64,000 nt of DNA from a virus (lineage: Duplodnaviria > Caudoviricetes): positions 1 through 64,000 of the IMG/VR virus record IMGVR_UViG_2595698868_000001; one strand, given 5' to 3'. The position numbers were made by a program, and so were the translations under genes. The notes below the pieces were generated by a model. It saw only the letters and a list, made by a program, of their open reading frames with translations, was not told the DNA's origin and searched no databases. This document shows positions 1-9,534 of this stretch, one piece after another; position 1 is the stretch's first letter; every line of letters begins with the position of its first letter.

Positions 1-354
1 GGCCCCGACCCCGAGCGCTCATCTACATTTGGTGCCAATTTCGACATCACCCCATAGATGTGGGGCAAATCTCGGGCTCTAGACACCTGGGATTCTGCGG
101 GGCGCGTTAACCATGTTTGTTTACGTTACTGCGCGCCCGACCGGTAACCCTAATTCGTAGTCTTAAAATCCCCGAGTTTACCTGGAGTATGGCCCAGCAC
201 TACCCGGTCAGACTGCTCCGGTATGGCTGCGAGATCAGCGCGTCGACAGCCTCCTCGACCTGTCTGCGCGCTGACAGCCGCCGGCGCCTGCCCTCAAACC
301 TACGGACCTCCGTCACCAAACCTACGGAGTCCGCCGATCGAGGTCCGCAGGTTG

Positions 355-490
355 GGGACCCTTCAAAATTCACCCTGGGGACCCTTCGAAATTCATGGGC
401 CAGGGACCCTGGAAATTTTACCGGGGGACCCTTCGAAATTCTGCCTCCGGGGACCCTGGGAAATTCTGGAGCCAGGGACCCTGGAAAATT
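355..490 (+). repeat. Six-copy array GGGACCC(T/TTC/TGG)GAAATT, period 22-25 bp
   Basis: Copies start at about 355, 378, 403, 425, 450 and 475. Confidence 0.9.
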
Positions 491-1374
491 CACCCAGATT
501 TCCGGCCCGAATCGCCTCCCATTTAAGCCCAACCCTCAGATCGGCAGAAATATCGGCGATTTTACCCCATTTTGGGCCTAAAATCCCTTAAAAATCAGCC
601 TTTTAGCTCCATTTCAACATCGGCAGCGCCCGCTCCGCGCCCTGCCTGACTGTAGTCATCCTTCAACGCAAATGTGACTCACCGACCTGTCGCCACAATT
701 CCTCCCATCTTTTCAACATGTTACAGAGTCACATCTCAAATCCGGCCACGCCCAGCCCGATCCGGTCATCCGGCCAGACCTTAATCCGGACATATCCGGA
801 CAGAGCCCCATCCCAGAAACCTCAATGAAATCAACACGACCACCTTGCCAAACGTGACTATCCGGACATATCCGGCCACGCAAACGTGACTCTCACCATA
901 TTGCTGCACCGCAACATAATCCCAGCCCGTACAACCCATTTCGGTTGTATTTCGACCTCACAACCGATTTTGGTTGTATCGGCCCAGACACATCCCTCCT
1001 CTCCTGTCAATCCCACCTACCTGCGACCTCCTCGCAGTCCTGAATTGGCAGAAACGAGACTGTGTCGCCGGCGCCGCGCCCCTGCGTTATCGTGCCACGC
1101 TTGCCAGCCCGCCAGGATCGTGCCCTACTGTCTCTCGGGAGCCGGTCTCCCTGGCCTGCACGTCGTAGACGCTAGTCGGTACCCCCTCACCCAGCCCGAG
1201 GGCATTCCAGACGCTAGTCCGCCGCTCGCAGGCGGCTTCGATCGCTCTCTCCCAAGGCGATCGAGGTCAGGCCGGCTCCTATCCCACCTCCAGGAGCCCA
1301 AAACAGGGTCAGGAGCCCGGATTAGCCCGATTCTGGGCTAAAAACGCCTCAAATCGGCCGAAAAACACGACAAA

Positions 1375-1517
1375 ACGCCATTTCATTCGCAAAACTCGAC
1401 GCGATTCCATTAATTTGACGCGACGCCATTCCATTTCGCCGACTCGACATGACGCGATTCCATTCCGGCGACTCGACATGACGCCATTTCATTTTCTTGA
1501 CGCGACGCCATTCCATC
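1375..1517 (+). repeat. Degenerate array GACGC(G/C)ATT(C/T)CATT, about 6 copies
   Basis: Visible directly; GACTCGACATGACGC occurs twice. Confidence 0.8.
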
Positions 1518-1547
1518 CCGCCGGCTCCAGACCACCGCCCAGGTCGA

Positions 1548-1786
1548 TTAGGGTAAACGTCAGGCCCGTTAACCACGTTCGTTAGGGTTACCGGTCCAGG
1601 TAAGGTTACGAATTAGGGTAAACAGGGCGTTAGGGTTAATGCCCCGTTAGGGTTAACACCGCGATGCACACTAACACTACTACTGTTAGGGTTAACGCCA
1701 CTGTTAGGGTTACGAATTAGGGTTAACGCGCCCGGCCGGTATTACTCGGCACTACCCGGTAATACCTAATGGCCATTAGGGTTAAC
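1548..1786 (+). repeat. Array of 9 TTAGGGT(T/A)A motifs
   Basis: Copies at about 1548, 1582, 1613, 1630, 1646, 1686, 1704, 1716 and 1776; an inverted copy lies at ~144-159. Confidence 0.9.
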
Positions 1787-1794
1787 GCCCTGCG

Positions 1795-1865
1795 AGCGCG
1801 CAGCCCCGCCGTTGCGCCCCTACGGTTCGAAGAGCCCGGCCCCTGCCGGGTCCCGCCCGGCTACA
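1795..1865 (-). ncRNA. Candidate LTR sRNA copy 1
   Basis: Directly downstream of a minus-strand CtrA-box promoter (1881-1902); no RBS/ORF; conserved with three other copies. Confidence 0.6.
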
Positions 1866-1931
1866 TCTACACCTTAGCCTCTATTTCTTAACAAACCGTA
1901 AACGCCGGGCAGTTTCCCGCCCGGCGCCGGC

Positions 1932-2186
1932 TTAGTCGTCAGATTGCGCGGCTAGGCCATAATCGCAGTCATCCCACAACCAAGAGAGGATGTAATCCGG
2001 GTTCTTGTTCGGGTGCGCGGCCTCTTGCGCCTCTAGCTCTTCGCGGAAGGTCGCCGCGTCGTCACCTTGGAGCCAAACAGACGTTTGGGCGATCTTGTTT
2101 CGCAGGGTGTACGCCGCGCCGTTGCCATAGCTGTCTAGGGCGTAACGGGTACCTTCCATAATCCGAATCGGGCCTGAAAAAGCCAT
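1932..2186 (-). CDS. Hypothetical early protein
   Basis: ORF with AGGTGA RBS. Confidence 0.75.
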   Translation of the reverse strand: MAFSGPIRIMEGTRYALDSYGNGAAYTLRNKIAQTSVWLQGDDAATFREELEAQEAAHPNKNPDYILSWLWDDCDYGLAAQSDD

Positions 2187-2292
2187 GGATTCACCTTGGA
2201 GAGCGCGCCGGGCGTCTCCGCCCGGCGCTAGGGGTTACCAAAGCGCCCAAAGGATGAGCGCGGCGAGAATGAGGGGCGTTAGCTTGATCAAG

Positions 2293-2619
2293 CTACAGCC
2301 CCAAGGTGTGCGGGACGCCCCAAACGGCCGCCGCGTTGCGCGGGCGGGCGTCCAGAGCGAGGCGCCACCGGTAGAGGTATTCTCGCGCCGCCGCTTGTTC
2401 GGGCGTCCGGCCGTGTCCGATTCGCTCCGCCATGCGGGTTGCGGTATCGGCGCCGGGAACCTTACGAAGAGGCCCGACGATCATAGCTGCGAACAATTCG
2501 CAAGCTTGCTTGATGTCGTTGGCGCGGTCGTTCTGGACGTATCGCAGGAACTGCACAAGGGTCAGGCGAATAGGGCGCCCGAACTCGCGCGATTGCTGCA
2601 CGTCAGATGCAGGGTACAT
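2293..2619 (-). CDS. Hypothetical early protein
   Basis: ORF downstream of the minus-strand promoter at 2680-2701. Confidence 0.6.
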   Translation of the reverse strand: MYPASDVQQSREFGRPIRLTLVQFLRYVQNDRANDIKQACELFAAMIVGPLRKVPGADTATRMAERIGHGRTPEQAAAREYLYRWRLALDARPRNAAAVWGVPHTLGL

Positions 2620-2789
2620 GATGCCTCACGATGTCAAAGAGCGCGGCGGGGTTGTCCGCCGACCCGCTCAATCTCGCATCTATTTCTTAACAAGACGTTA
2701 ACGGCCGAATCTTTTTCGTGTTTACGATTTGTTAAGAAATCGGCTCTAGTGTCTCACGTGTCGGCGCATCCCGCGCCCTGGAGTCTCGC

Positions 2790-2996
2790 ATGTCTCAAGA
2801 CAGCATGAAGATACCCCGCGACACGTTCGCCGTGTTCTGGTCCCTGCCCGGTGACGTGATGCAGTTTCACGGCGACATGAAACGGGCGCTGTATCCGACC
2901 GCCCGCGCCGCCGCTGAAGCCTTCCGCGCCATGTTCCCCCGCAACGTGGTCAAGAGCGTCCGCGACGCGTCCGGCCGCTTCCTGGCCTTCAAGTAG
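2790..2996 (+). CDS. Hypothetical early protein
   Basis: Promoter, leader hairpin and GGAG RBS. Confidence 0.75.
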   Translation: MSQDSMKIPRDTFAVFWSLPGDVMQFHGDMKRALYPTARAAAEAFRAMFPRNVVKSVRDASGRFLAFK

Positions 2997-3005
2997 GAGT
3001 CGCCC

Positions 3006-3296
3006 GTGTCGCACGTCTATGACATCGAATATACCGACACGTTCGCCGGAGAGGCGAATTACTCATGGGTTCGCCGGGCAACCGTGACCATGCCGGAGCT
3101 AACCCATTATGGGTATGACGGCGGGACGAACTACGCCAAGGCGAACAAGGTGTTTAATCGCGAACTCATGAAGCGCGCCAAGGCCGCCATGGGCTTGACG
3201 GGCGTTAAGGGCGTCACCTCGACGCACGGCGACACCCTGGAGTTTCGCCCCTACAGGTCCGCGACGGTCCTTTTCGCCAACTATCGCGACGCCTAA
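3006..3296 (+). CDS. Hypothetical early protein
   Basis: AGGAG RBS, GTG start. Confidence 0.8.
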   Translation: MSHVYDIEYTDTFAGEANYSWVRRATVTMPELTHYGYDGGTNYAKANKVFNRELMKRAKAAMGLTGVKGVTSTHGDTLEFRPYRSATVLFANYRDA

Positions 3297-3361
3297 GGCG
3301 GAGCCCGGCGCCCTCCAGCGCCGGGCGAACGCTTGCCCAGCCCGTTAACCATGTTTTTGAA

Positions 3362-3430
3362 AAACGCGCATCCCCGCCGTAGCGCCCCTACGGTTCGAAG
3401 AGCCCGGCCCCGCCGGTCCCGCCGGCTACA
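3362..3430 (-). ncRNA. Candidate LTR sRNA copy 2
   Basis: Behind minus-strand promoter 3447-3467; ends in a T-run. Confidence 0.6.
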
Positions 3431-3557
3431 GGTCCAATCTAGCGCCCATTCCTTAACAAACCGTAAACGCGATAAAGAATCTCGCGTTTACCTTTTGTTA
3501 AGAAATAGGGTCTAGGGTGTCTTTGTGGCGGGACGGTCCCGCCCTGGAGATGAACCG

Positions 3558-3956
3558 ATGAACGAAGCTCAGACCAACGCCGCCGCCTCGATCCGCGCGA
3601 CCGGTGAAACCATTCTGGCCAAGATCGAAGCCGCCCGCGCCAGCGTCGCCGCGAACCCGCACCTCGCCGGGCAATTCTACCTTGTCGGCGACACGGGCGG
3701 CGGACTCGTCGTCAACACCGATGGCGGCGCCGGCTACCGCTTCGGCGGCATGTTCTCCGAAACGGTGATCGCGTTCCCCGCCGACGCCAAGGAAGAGGCT
3801 TACCGCCTCGCCGCGCACTGGAATCGCCGCCTCTCGCCTAAGGAACGGGCCGCCCGCTGCACCGTCACCGTCCAGACCCGCGAGGAGGCTTGGACCGCCC
3901 TCGAAAAGTCCTGGCGCGAGACGTTCGCCATGATCGAAGCCGCCAAGGTCGCCTAA
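3558..3956 (+). CDS. Hypothetical early protein
   Basis: Promoter, leader hairpin, GGAG; ATG 3558. Confidence 0.8.
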   Translation: MNEAQTNAAASIRATGETILAKIEAARASVAANPHLAGQFYLVGDTGGGLVVNTDGGAGYRFGGMFSETVIAFPADAKEEAYRLAAHWNRRLSPKERAARCTVTVQTREEAWTALEKSWRETFAMIEAAKVA

Positions 3957-4057
3957 GGCGAGCGCCCCGGCCGAAAAAGCCGGGGCGTTTACCTCTTGTT
4001 AAGAAATATCCTCTAGGTTCATCTTGTCGGCGCATCCCGCGCCCTGGAGCAAGTCAC

Positions 4058-4438
4058 ATGGCTTATCGTGGAAAGTACCCCGAGCGCGTGAAATCGTGCG
4101 TCGAAATCGGCCCGAACGATCACATGCTTAAAGGCCCCCTGGCCTTGATGCTCCTGAACGACGGCCGCCGCTTCCACATCCGGACCCGGAACAAGTACCA
4201 CGCCGGTTACGCGATTTGCGGCGAGGAATTCGCCCAGATCAAGCGCGGCGGCTGGTACGACATCGAGCCGGCGCCGGAAGAGCCCAAGCCCGCCCGCAAG
4301 CCTCGCCTGTATTTCGAATATTACGGCGTCACTGTCTGGCGCAACACGTCGCCGGGCTTCGCCCTCCGCTGGAGCGGCGGCGGGTACGCGGCCGATACCC
4401 AAGAGGGAATCCGCCGGCTGATCCGTGAGGGGCGATGA
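4058..4438 (+). CDS. Hypothetical early protein
   Basis: Promoter, hairpin, GGAG; ATG 4058. Confidence 0.8.
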   Translation: MAYRGKYPERVKSCVEIGPNDHMLKGPLALMLLNDGRRFHIRTRNKYHAGYAICGEEFAQIKRGGWYDIEPAPEEPKPARKPRLYFEYYGVTVWRNTSPGFALRWSGGGYAADTQEGIRRLIREGR

Positions 4439-4722
4439 GCAACGCCGCCCGCGCGGAACGCTGGATAGGCCACGTTGAGAAAGGAGTCGGCCGCGCCCTC
4501 GAAAGGGCGGCGCGGTCCCGGCCCTTCGCTATCGAGGCGGAGGCCGCCCCGTTCCTGGCGACCTTCAAGCGGCAGGCCGCCGGACATGCGCAGCGCGCCC
4601 AGACCCTGGCCCTAGCTGGCGACCGCGCCGGCGCCTTGGTCGAGGCGCGACACGCGGAACGGTGCGCCGCGAACCACGCGAGAATTTTGGAGGCCGTCGA
4701 CTCCGTCTTAACCGCTTGTTAA
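4435..4722 (+). CDS. Hypothetical early protein
   Basis: ATGA overlap with the upstream gene. Confidence 0.7.
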   Translation: MSNAARAERWIGHVEKGVGRALERAARSRPFAIEAEAAPFLATFKRQAAGHAQRAQTLALAGDRAGALVEARHAERCAANHARILEAVDSVLTAC

Positions 4723-4778
4723 GCAATAGGCGGTAGGTTGCTCTTGTGGCGGGACGGTCCCGCCCTGGAGAACCTGAG

Positions 4779-5045
4779 ATGAGCACTCTTCCCGTTCGGA
4801 CCCTGGAGCAAATCGGCCATCTGACTTGGGTGGCCACGCGCCGGGGCGGCGGCTTCGATGCCGCGTTCGCCGATAGTGACGACGCCATCCGCCACGCCAT
4901 GGCGACCGGCGGCGCCCTAGGTCACACCCTGCTAGGCTGGATTGACATGTTCAGCCCTTCCGCGACGTTCGAAGCGAACCAAGCGCAGGTTGTGGCCTTC
5001 CTTGATCGCGGCGACGAATTCGACCGCGTGATGAGCGAAGCCTAA
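4779..5045 (+). CDS. Hypothetical early protein
   Basis: Promoter, hairpin, GGAG. Confidence 0.75.
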   Translation: MSTLPVRTLEQIGHLTWVATRRGGGFDAAFADSDDAIRHAMATGGALGHTLLGWIDMFSPSATFEANQAQVVAFLDRGDEFDRVMSEA

Positions 5046-5112
5046 GGCGAGCGCCCCGGCCGAAAAGCCGGGGCGTTTACCTCTTGTTAAGAAATAGCCT
5101 CTAAGGTGATCA

Positions 5113-5183
5113 CGTACCCGGCGGGACCGGGCGGGCCGGGCTCTTCGAACCGTAGGGGCGCAACGGCGGGGCTGCGCGTTTTT
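5113..5183 (+). ncRNA. Candidate LTR sRNA copy 3
   Basis: Sole content between promoters 5076 and 5209; no ORF; ends in TTTTT. Confidence 0.65.
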
Positions 5184-5278
5184 CAGCGCCCCGAAAAAGT
5201 TTCCCGCGTTAACTTCTTGTTAAGAAATAGGCGGTAGGTTGCTCTTGTGGCGGGACGGTCCCGCCGGAGAAAAACGAC

Positions 5279-5716
5279 ATGACGACGCAAGCCGCCCTCG
5301 CCGCCCGCCTGGACCGCGCCGCCCGGATCATCCGGGGCGAAGTCCCGGCCTCCAAGCGCAAAGAGCGCAAGGCCCGCCGCGCGTTTCAGCGCGCCCTCGC
5401 CGGAATGGACATTCCGACCTATGTCGCGTGGCTGAACGATCCGGCCGACACCCTCCGCCTCACGGATGACGTGGAGCATTGGGCGTCGTTCGGGATTACG
5501 AACGCCCTTCAACTCGGCGACTATCTGAACGGGTGCGTTCGCCGGGAAATCGAAAAGGACTCGCGCTGGAGCGGGTACGAAGACGAGGCCGACGACTTCG
5601 GCGGCTTCGGGGGCGATGATGACGGCGAGGGCTACAGCTTCGACCGCGACCGCGCCGCAGGGATCGCCGCCGACAAGGCCAAGCGCGACGCCATGCACGA
5701 AGACACCCCTTTTTAA
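5279..5716 (+). CDS. Hypothetical early protein with acidic C-terminus
   Basis: Promoter, hairpin, GGAG. Confidence 0.8.
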   Translation: MTTQAALAARLDRAARIIRGEVPASKRKERKARRAFQRALAGMDIPTYVAWLNDPADTLRLTDDVEHWASFGITNALQLGDYLNGCVRREIEKDSRWSGYEDEADDFGGFGGDDDGEGYSFDRDRAAGIAADKAKRDAMHEDTPF

Positions 5717-5767
5717 CCCCCTAGGGCGGCGGATCGGCCGCCGCCCGCCTCTCTGGAGCGCAAGCCC

Positions 5768-6202
5768 ATGACCCGCCACATTCTCGCCCTCACGACTCCG
5801 GAATATGACGCCGTTCTAGCGGCCGTCCGCGTCGTCTCGTTCGCCCTGGAACGCGGCCAAGAAACCGCCGACGTAGCCGGCGACTTTCTCGACATCGCGA
5901 CCAATGGCGGCGAACACGCTTACGCCAGCCCGGCCGACATCGGCGCCCGTCTGGGCGACCTCGCCGACTCGTGGCAAGCGAACCCGGACACGCCCGGAAC
6001 CGGGGCGAACCCGGTGCAAGTCATCATCGCTTCGCACGGCGGGGACGTGATCGCCGCCGCCCGTGGTCTGGGCTACATCATCCGCAAGGATGCGGCCGGG
6101 CGCTACTATCCCGCCCAAGACCTCGAATCGGCGTCGCGCCACGGCTACCACGACACCCGCGAAGCCGCCGCCCGCCTTGTCGTGGAAAGCGCTTTTCTTT
6201 AA
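5768..6202 (+). CDS. Hypothetical early protein
   Basis: Leader hairpin and GGAG. Confidence 0.8.
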   Translation: MTRHILALTTPEYDAVLAAVRVVSFALERGQETADVAGDFLDIATNGGEHAYASPADIGARLGDLADSWQANPDTPGTGANPVQVIIASHGGDVIAAARGLGYIIRKDAAGRYYPAQDLESASRHGYHDTREAAARLVVESAFL

Positions 6203-6283
6203 CCTCTTGTTAAGAAATAGAGGCTAGAAGGAAAGCACGGGCGGCGGATCGGCCGCCGCCCACATCCCCTGGAGCGCAAGCCC

Positions 6284-6864
6284 ATGTCGCAACGCTACCG
6301 TCTCGCCGACCAAATCAAGGTTGCGAACGACGTTTCAAAGCTGCTCTATGCAGCCGCCGAAGCGCTGGAGCCGAACAATCAGAACGTGACGCCGCAAGCG
6401 CGCGCCGAACTCCGCGAAAGCTGATCGGCGCGAGCGCCGGCGCCCTGACGCACAAGCCGCCGGCTGAAGTCCTGAAAACCCTCGTTTGGGTTGTCGAGTT
6501 GGCGCAAGATCGCGCCACCGGCTCGGACTTTAATTCGTCTCAAGAGGCCCTGGACGAACACGACGCCCTAGCCTTCGTCGCCGACTGGCTGGAGGCGCAA
6601 GGCGAAGACGTGAGCCCGATTCGGATGGCGCAACCGTCCGCCGAACGCCTCGCGGCCCTTCGCCAATTCGCCGCCGACGAGGAAGCCGAGCGCGCCGCCC
6701 TGGAGCGCACGCAAGGGCGATTCGTCGTCGTTCACGGTGTCGCCGGTTCGCCCATGGGCGACCGCCTCCCCGGCCGCTTCGAAACCTACGACGAGGCCGA
6801 AGACGCGGCGGAGCCCTACCGCAAGCCGGGGACGTGGGCCTATGTTGACGAGTTAGCCTCGTGA
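6284..6864 (+). pseudogene. Early gene split by an apparent 1-nt frameshift at ~6418
   Basis: ATG 6284 has an RBS and stops at 6424; the -1 frame continues open into ORF 6499-6864. Confidence 0.55.
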
Positions 6865-7033
6865 GCGCGCGCCCCTACGTCACAACGGCCCGTTGCCCCG
6901 ATGGCGTCTTTTACGGCGCCGCCTGGAGGGCGGACGGAACCCTAATCGCCATGTCAGAACCCAAGGCTTCGCGCTCCGCCGCGCGTCGCTGGGCTCTGGC
7001 GCAACTCTAAACCCCTCAGGACAAGGAGTCCGC

Positions 7034-7270
7034 ATGACCACGACCGACAAGACCCCGACCACGCGCCGCAAGCTGGCGACCGTGCAACGCGAGCAAGACG
7101 CCAAGGCCGCGCCCAAGAAAGCGCCCGTCAAGGCCAAGGCCGCCCCGGCTCCGAAGGAAGCCGCGCCCAAGGCCACCCGCAAGACCAAGACCCCGCCGCC
7201 GGCCGCGCCGCGTCCGAAGGTCCGGGGCCTGAAAGCCGCCCTGTTCGGCGGCGCGTTCAACCGCCTGTAA
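7034..7270 (+). CDS. Lys/Ala/Pro-rich histone-H1-like small protein
   Basis: AAGGAG RBS; KAAPKKAPVKAKAAPAPK low-complexity sequence. Confidence 0.7.
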   Translation: MTTTDKTPTTRRKLATVQREQDAKAAPKKAPVKAKAAPAPKEAAPKATRKTKTPPPAAPRPKVRGLKAALFGGAFNRL

Positions 7271-7364
7271 AAACTTCCGGGCGTTTACCTCTTGTTAAGA
7301 AATAGGAGGTAGGTTCTAGTCACGGGCGGCGGATCGGCCGCCGCCCAAACTCACGGGAGGCCAC

Positions 7365-8066
7365 ATGGCCCGCAAACTGACTCTCTCGCTGCTCTCGAAC
7401 CCCGATTTGAGCATGGCGAACGTTACGACCGCCTCGCAACGTATCGAGGACTGGTCGACGGTCCTTTACGGTGACGAGGACGGCCGGGGCGAAACGGCTG
7501 ATATCGTCATGCCACCGGTCACGTACGGCGCCATCAATGACCACGCCGCCGACCTGCTGACCGAAGCGCAAAAGCGCACCGCCGACCGCTCGCCGGATCG
7601 TGAGGCGCCCCGCGACCTCGCCGACCGTTTCGAGGAAACCGAAGGTTTCCACGAATGGAAAGAATCGTTTTCGCCGATGATGAATTTCGTTTGGCCGGTG
7701 TGCCTGCCCTATCGCACCGACGCGGAACAAGTCGCCGCCCTGCTGCAAGAATTCTGCCCCGTCATGACTCTGGTCAGCTTCGGCGATGGCTCGCCGTTCT
7801 GCGAAGAGGAACACGGCTTCGCCCTCTCGGGCGGCGGAATGAACCTCGCCGACCAAATCGCGACGGCCTATCTCTGCGCCGGCGTCGTCCCGCCCTCCGA
7901 ACTGCTGGAATCGCTCGCCGGCGTCATCGGCGATTATCAGCGGAACAAGGTCGGGCCGGTCCTGCGCAAGGCCTATCAGCGGGCCGCCGAATACCACGCG
8001 CACCGGGTCAAGGCGATCCGCCGCGAAGCCGCCCGCGTCTTCGCCAAGCCCAAGACCGAAGGCTAA
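7365..8066 (+). CDS. Hypothetical early protein
   Basis: Promoter, hairpin, GGAGG. Confidence 0.85.
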   Translation: MARKLTLSLLSNPDLSMANVTTASQRIEDWSTVLYGDEDGRGETADIVMPPVTYGAINDHAADLLTEAQKRTADRSPDREAPRDLADRFEETEGFHEWKESFSPMMNFVWPVCLPYRTDAEQVAALLQEFCPVMTLVSFGDGSPFCEEEHGFALSGGGMNLADQIATAYLCAGVVPPSELLESLAGVIGDYQRNKVGPVLRKAYQRAAEYHAHRVKAIRREAARVFAKPKTEG

Positions 8067-8134
8067 GCCCTGGAGGCCCGGCGCACCCCGCCGGGCCTTT
8101 AGCGTGTCTGGCGCGTTAACCATGTTCCGAAATT

Positions 8135-8203
8135 GCGGGCAGGTTCGCCGTAGTGCCCCTGCCGTCCGAAGAGCCCCGCCGCGCCCGATCCTGCCGGGCC
8201 ATG
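8135..8203 (-). ncRNA. Candidate LTR sRNA copy 4 (diverged)
   Basis: Behind minus-strand promoter 8219-8240; both hairpins kept with substitutions. Confidence 0.55.
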
Positions 8204-8330
8204 GGTACACCCTAGCCCCTATTCCTTAACAAACCGTAAACGTGAAAAAGAATCTCGCGTTAACCTCTTGTTAAGAAATAGACGGTAGGTTCATCCCTGC
8301 CGGCGCATCCCGCGCCCCTGGAGAACGCAC

Positions 8331-8978
8331 ATGGCCCGCACGGTCACTAAGCAAGTTTTCGAGTATGACGAACTGACCCCCGCCGCCCAAGAAAAGGCGC
8401 GCGACTGGTTCCGCGACATGCAAGACCGCTCCGGCGATAACAGTTTCGCCGAACCGGTCTTGGAGGAAGTCGCGCGCATCGCCGACATGCTCGGAATCGC
8501 CCTCAAGATCGACCGCGACGGCGAGCCGGCGATTCTCTGGTCGGGCTTCTACAGCCAAGGCGACGGCGCCAGCTTCGAGGGCCGTTACGCGGCCCCGGAA
8601 AAGCCGGCCCTGGAGGCGATCAAGGCCGAATTCCCTTCGGAACTCAAGCTGCACGCCATCGCGGCCGAACTGGACGCCTTCCAAGATCGCCGCCGCCGCC
8701 GACTGGTCGCGGACATCACCCGCAACGGCCGGACGAACTACGTACACCCCTACACCGTCGATATTGACGTTTTCGTCACCGACGACGACGGCGAGGAGTC
8801 GAACGTAGACGACACGACCGAAAAGGCTATCGCGGCCGAACTGCGCAACTTCATGGACTGGATTTGGCGCCAACTCATGGCCGCCTATGAGGCGGAGCGC
8901 GAAGACGACGCTATTGCCGACAATATCCGGGCCAATGAATACGAATTCGAGGCGGACGGCCGCCGGACCCGCGACTAA
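8331..8978 (+). CDS. Conserved phage protein (family often labelled 'antitoxin of toxin-antitoxin stability system')
   Basis: Motifs YDEL..AAQEKAR.W, SGFYSQGDGASF, IRANEYEF..DG, recognised from memory. Confidence 0.65.
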   Translation: MARTVTKQVFEYDELTPAAQEKARDWFRDMQDRSGDNSFAEPVLEEVARIADMLGIALKIDRDGEPAILWSGFYSQGDGASFEGRYAAPEKPALEAIKAEFPSELKLHAIAAELDAFQDRRRRRLVADITRNGRTNYVHPYTVDIDVFVTDDDGEESNVDDTTEKAIAAELRNFMDWIWRQLMAAYEAEREDDAIADNIRANEYEFEADGRRTRD

Positions 8979-9028
8979 CGCAACCGGGCGGACTTCACGG
9001 CCCGCCCAAGCCCTGGAAAGGCCCTGAA

Positions 9029-9472
9029 ATGAACATGGCTCGCAAGGAACAAGCCGGAAGCTACCAAATCGGGATTTGGGGCGTCGAGAGGATCGGCCGG
9101 GGCGTCTGGGAAGCCCGCGCCAACGGCCCCGGCACGCTAGGCGACGGCTCGCCGCAAACCTTCCCTTCGCTGGGCGCCGCACACCTCGCCTTGACTGGCG
9201 AGCCCATGAGCGAAAGGCCCGTCAAGCCGGCCGCCGCTCCGAAGCCCCCGCGCCTGCCGTGGTCTGACCTCAAGGTCGCCTATGGGCTGGACAACCCGGA
9301 CCGCTTTTGGCGCGCCCTGGACGCCGGCAAGCTGGACCTCCCCGCCGGCTGGACCGTGAACGAGACGGATTGCAGCGGTTGCCGGTGCGTCGTCGTCTTC
9401 CGGGTCGAAACCCTGCCAACGGTCGAGGATGGCCGGAAGGTCGCGAAGATCGTTCGCCGCTTCGGTCGCTAG
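9029..9472 (+). CDS. Hypothetical early protein
   Basis: ORF in cassette. Confidence 0.7.
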   Translation: MNMARKEQAGSYQIGIWGVERIGRGVWEARANGPGTLGDGSPQTFPSLGAAHLALTGEPMSERPVKPAAAPKPPRLPWSDLKVAYGLDNPDRFWRALDAGKLDLPAGWTVNETDCSGCRCVVVFRVETLPTVEDGRKVAKIVRRFGR

Positions 9473-9534
9473 TAACCTTTTGTTAAGAAATGGCCTGTAA
9501 GGTCACATCATCGACCCCTCGGGAGACACCCGCC

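Noticed and set aside
117-1576. ORFs over the terminal repeat arrays
   Set aside because: Translations merely mirror the DNA repeats; no RBS; atypical composition
355-1786. CRISPR array
   Set aside because: Repeats are short and degenerate, spacers are mostly under 15 nt and irregular, and no cas genes are present
1548-1786. True eukaryotic telomere or contamination
   Set aside because: TTAGGG units are not tandem and are embedded in continuous phage sequence
6410-6424. Programmed -1 frameshift
   Set aside because: No X XXY YYZ heptamer in the zero frame; an indel is more parsimonious
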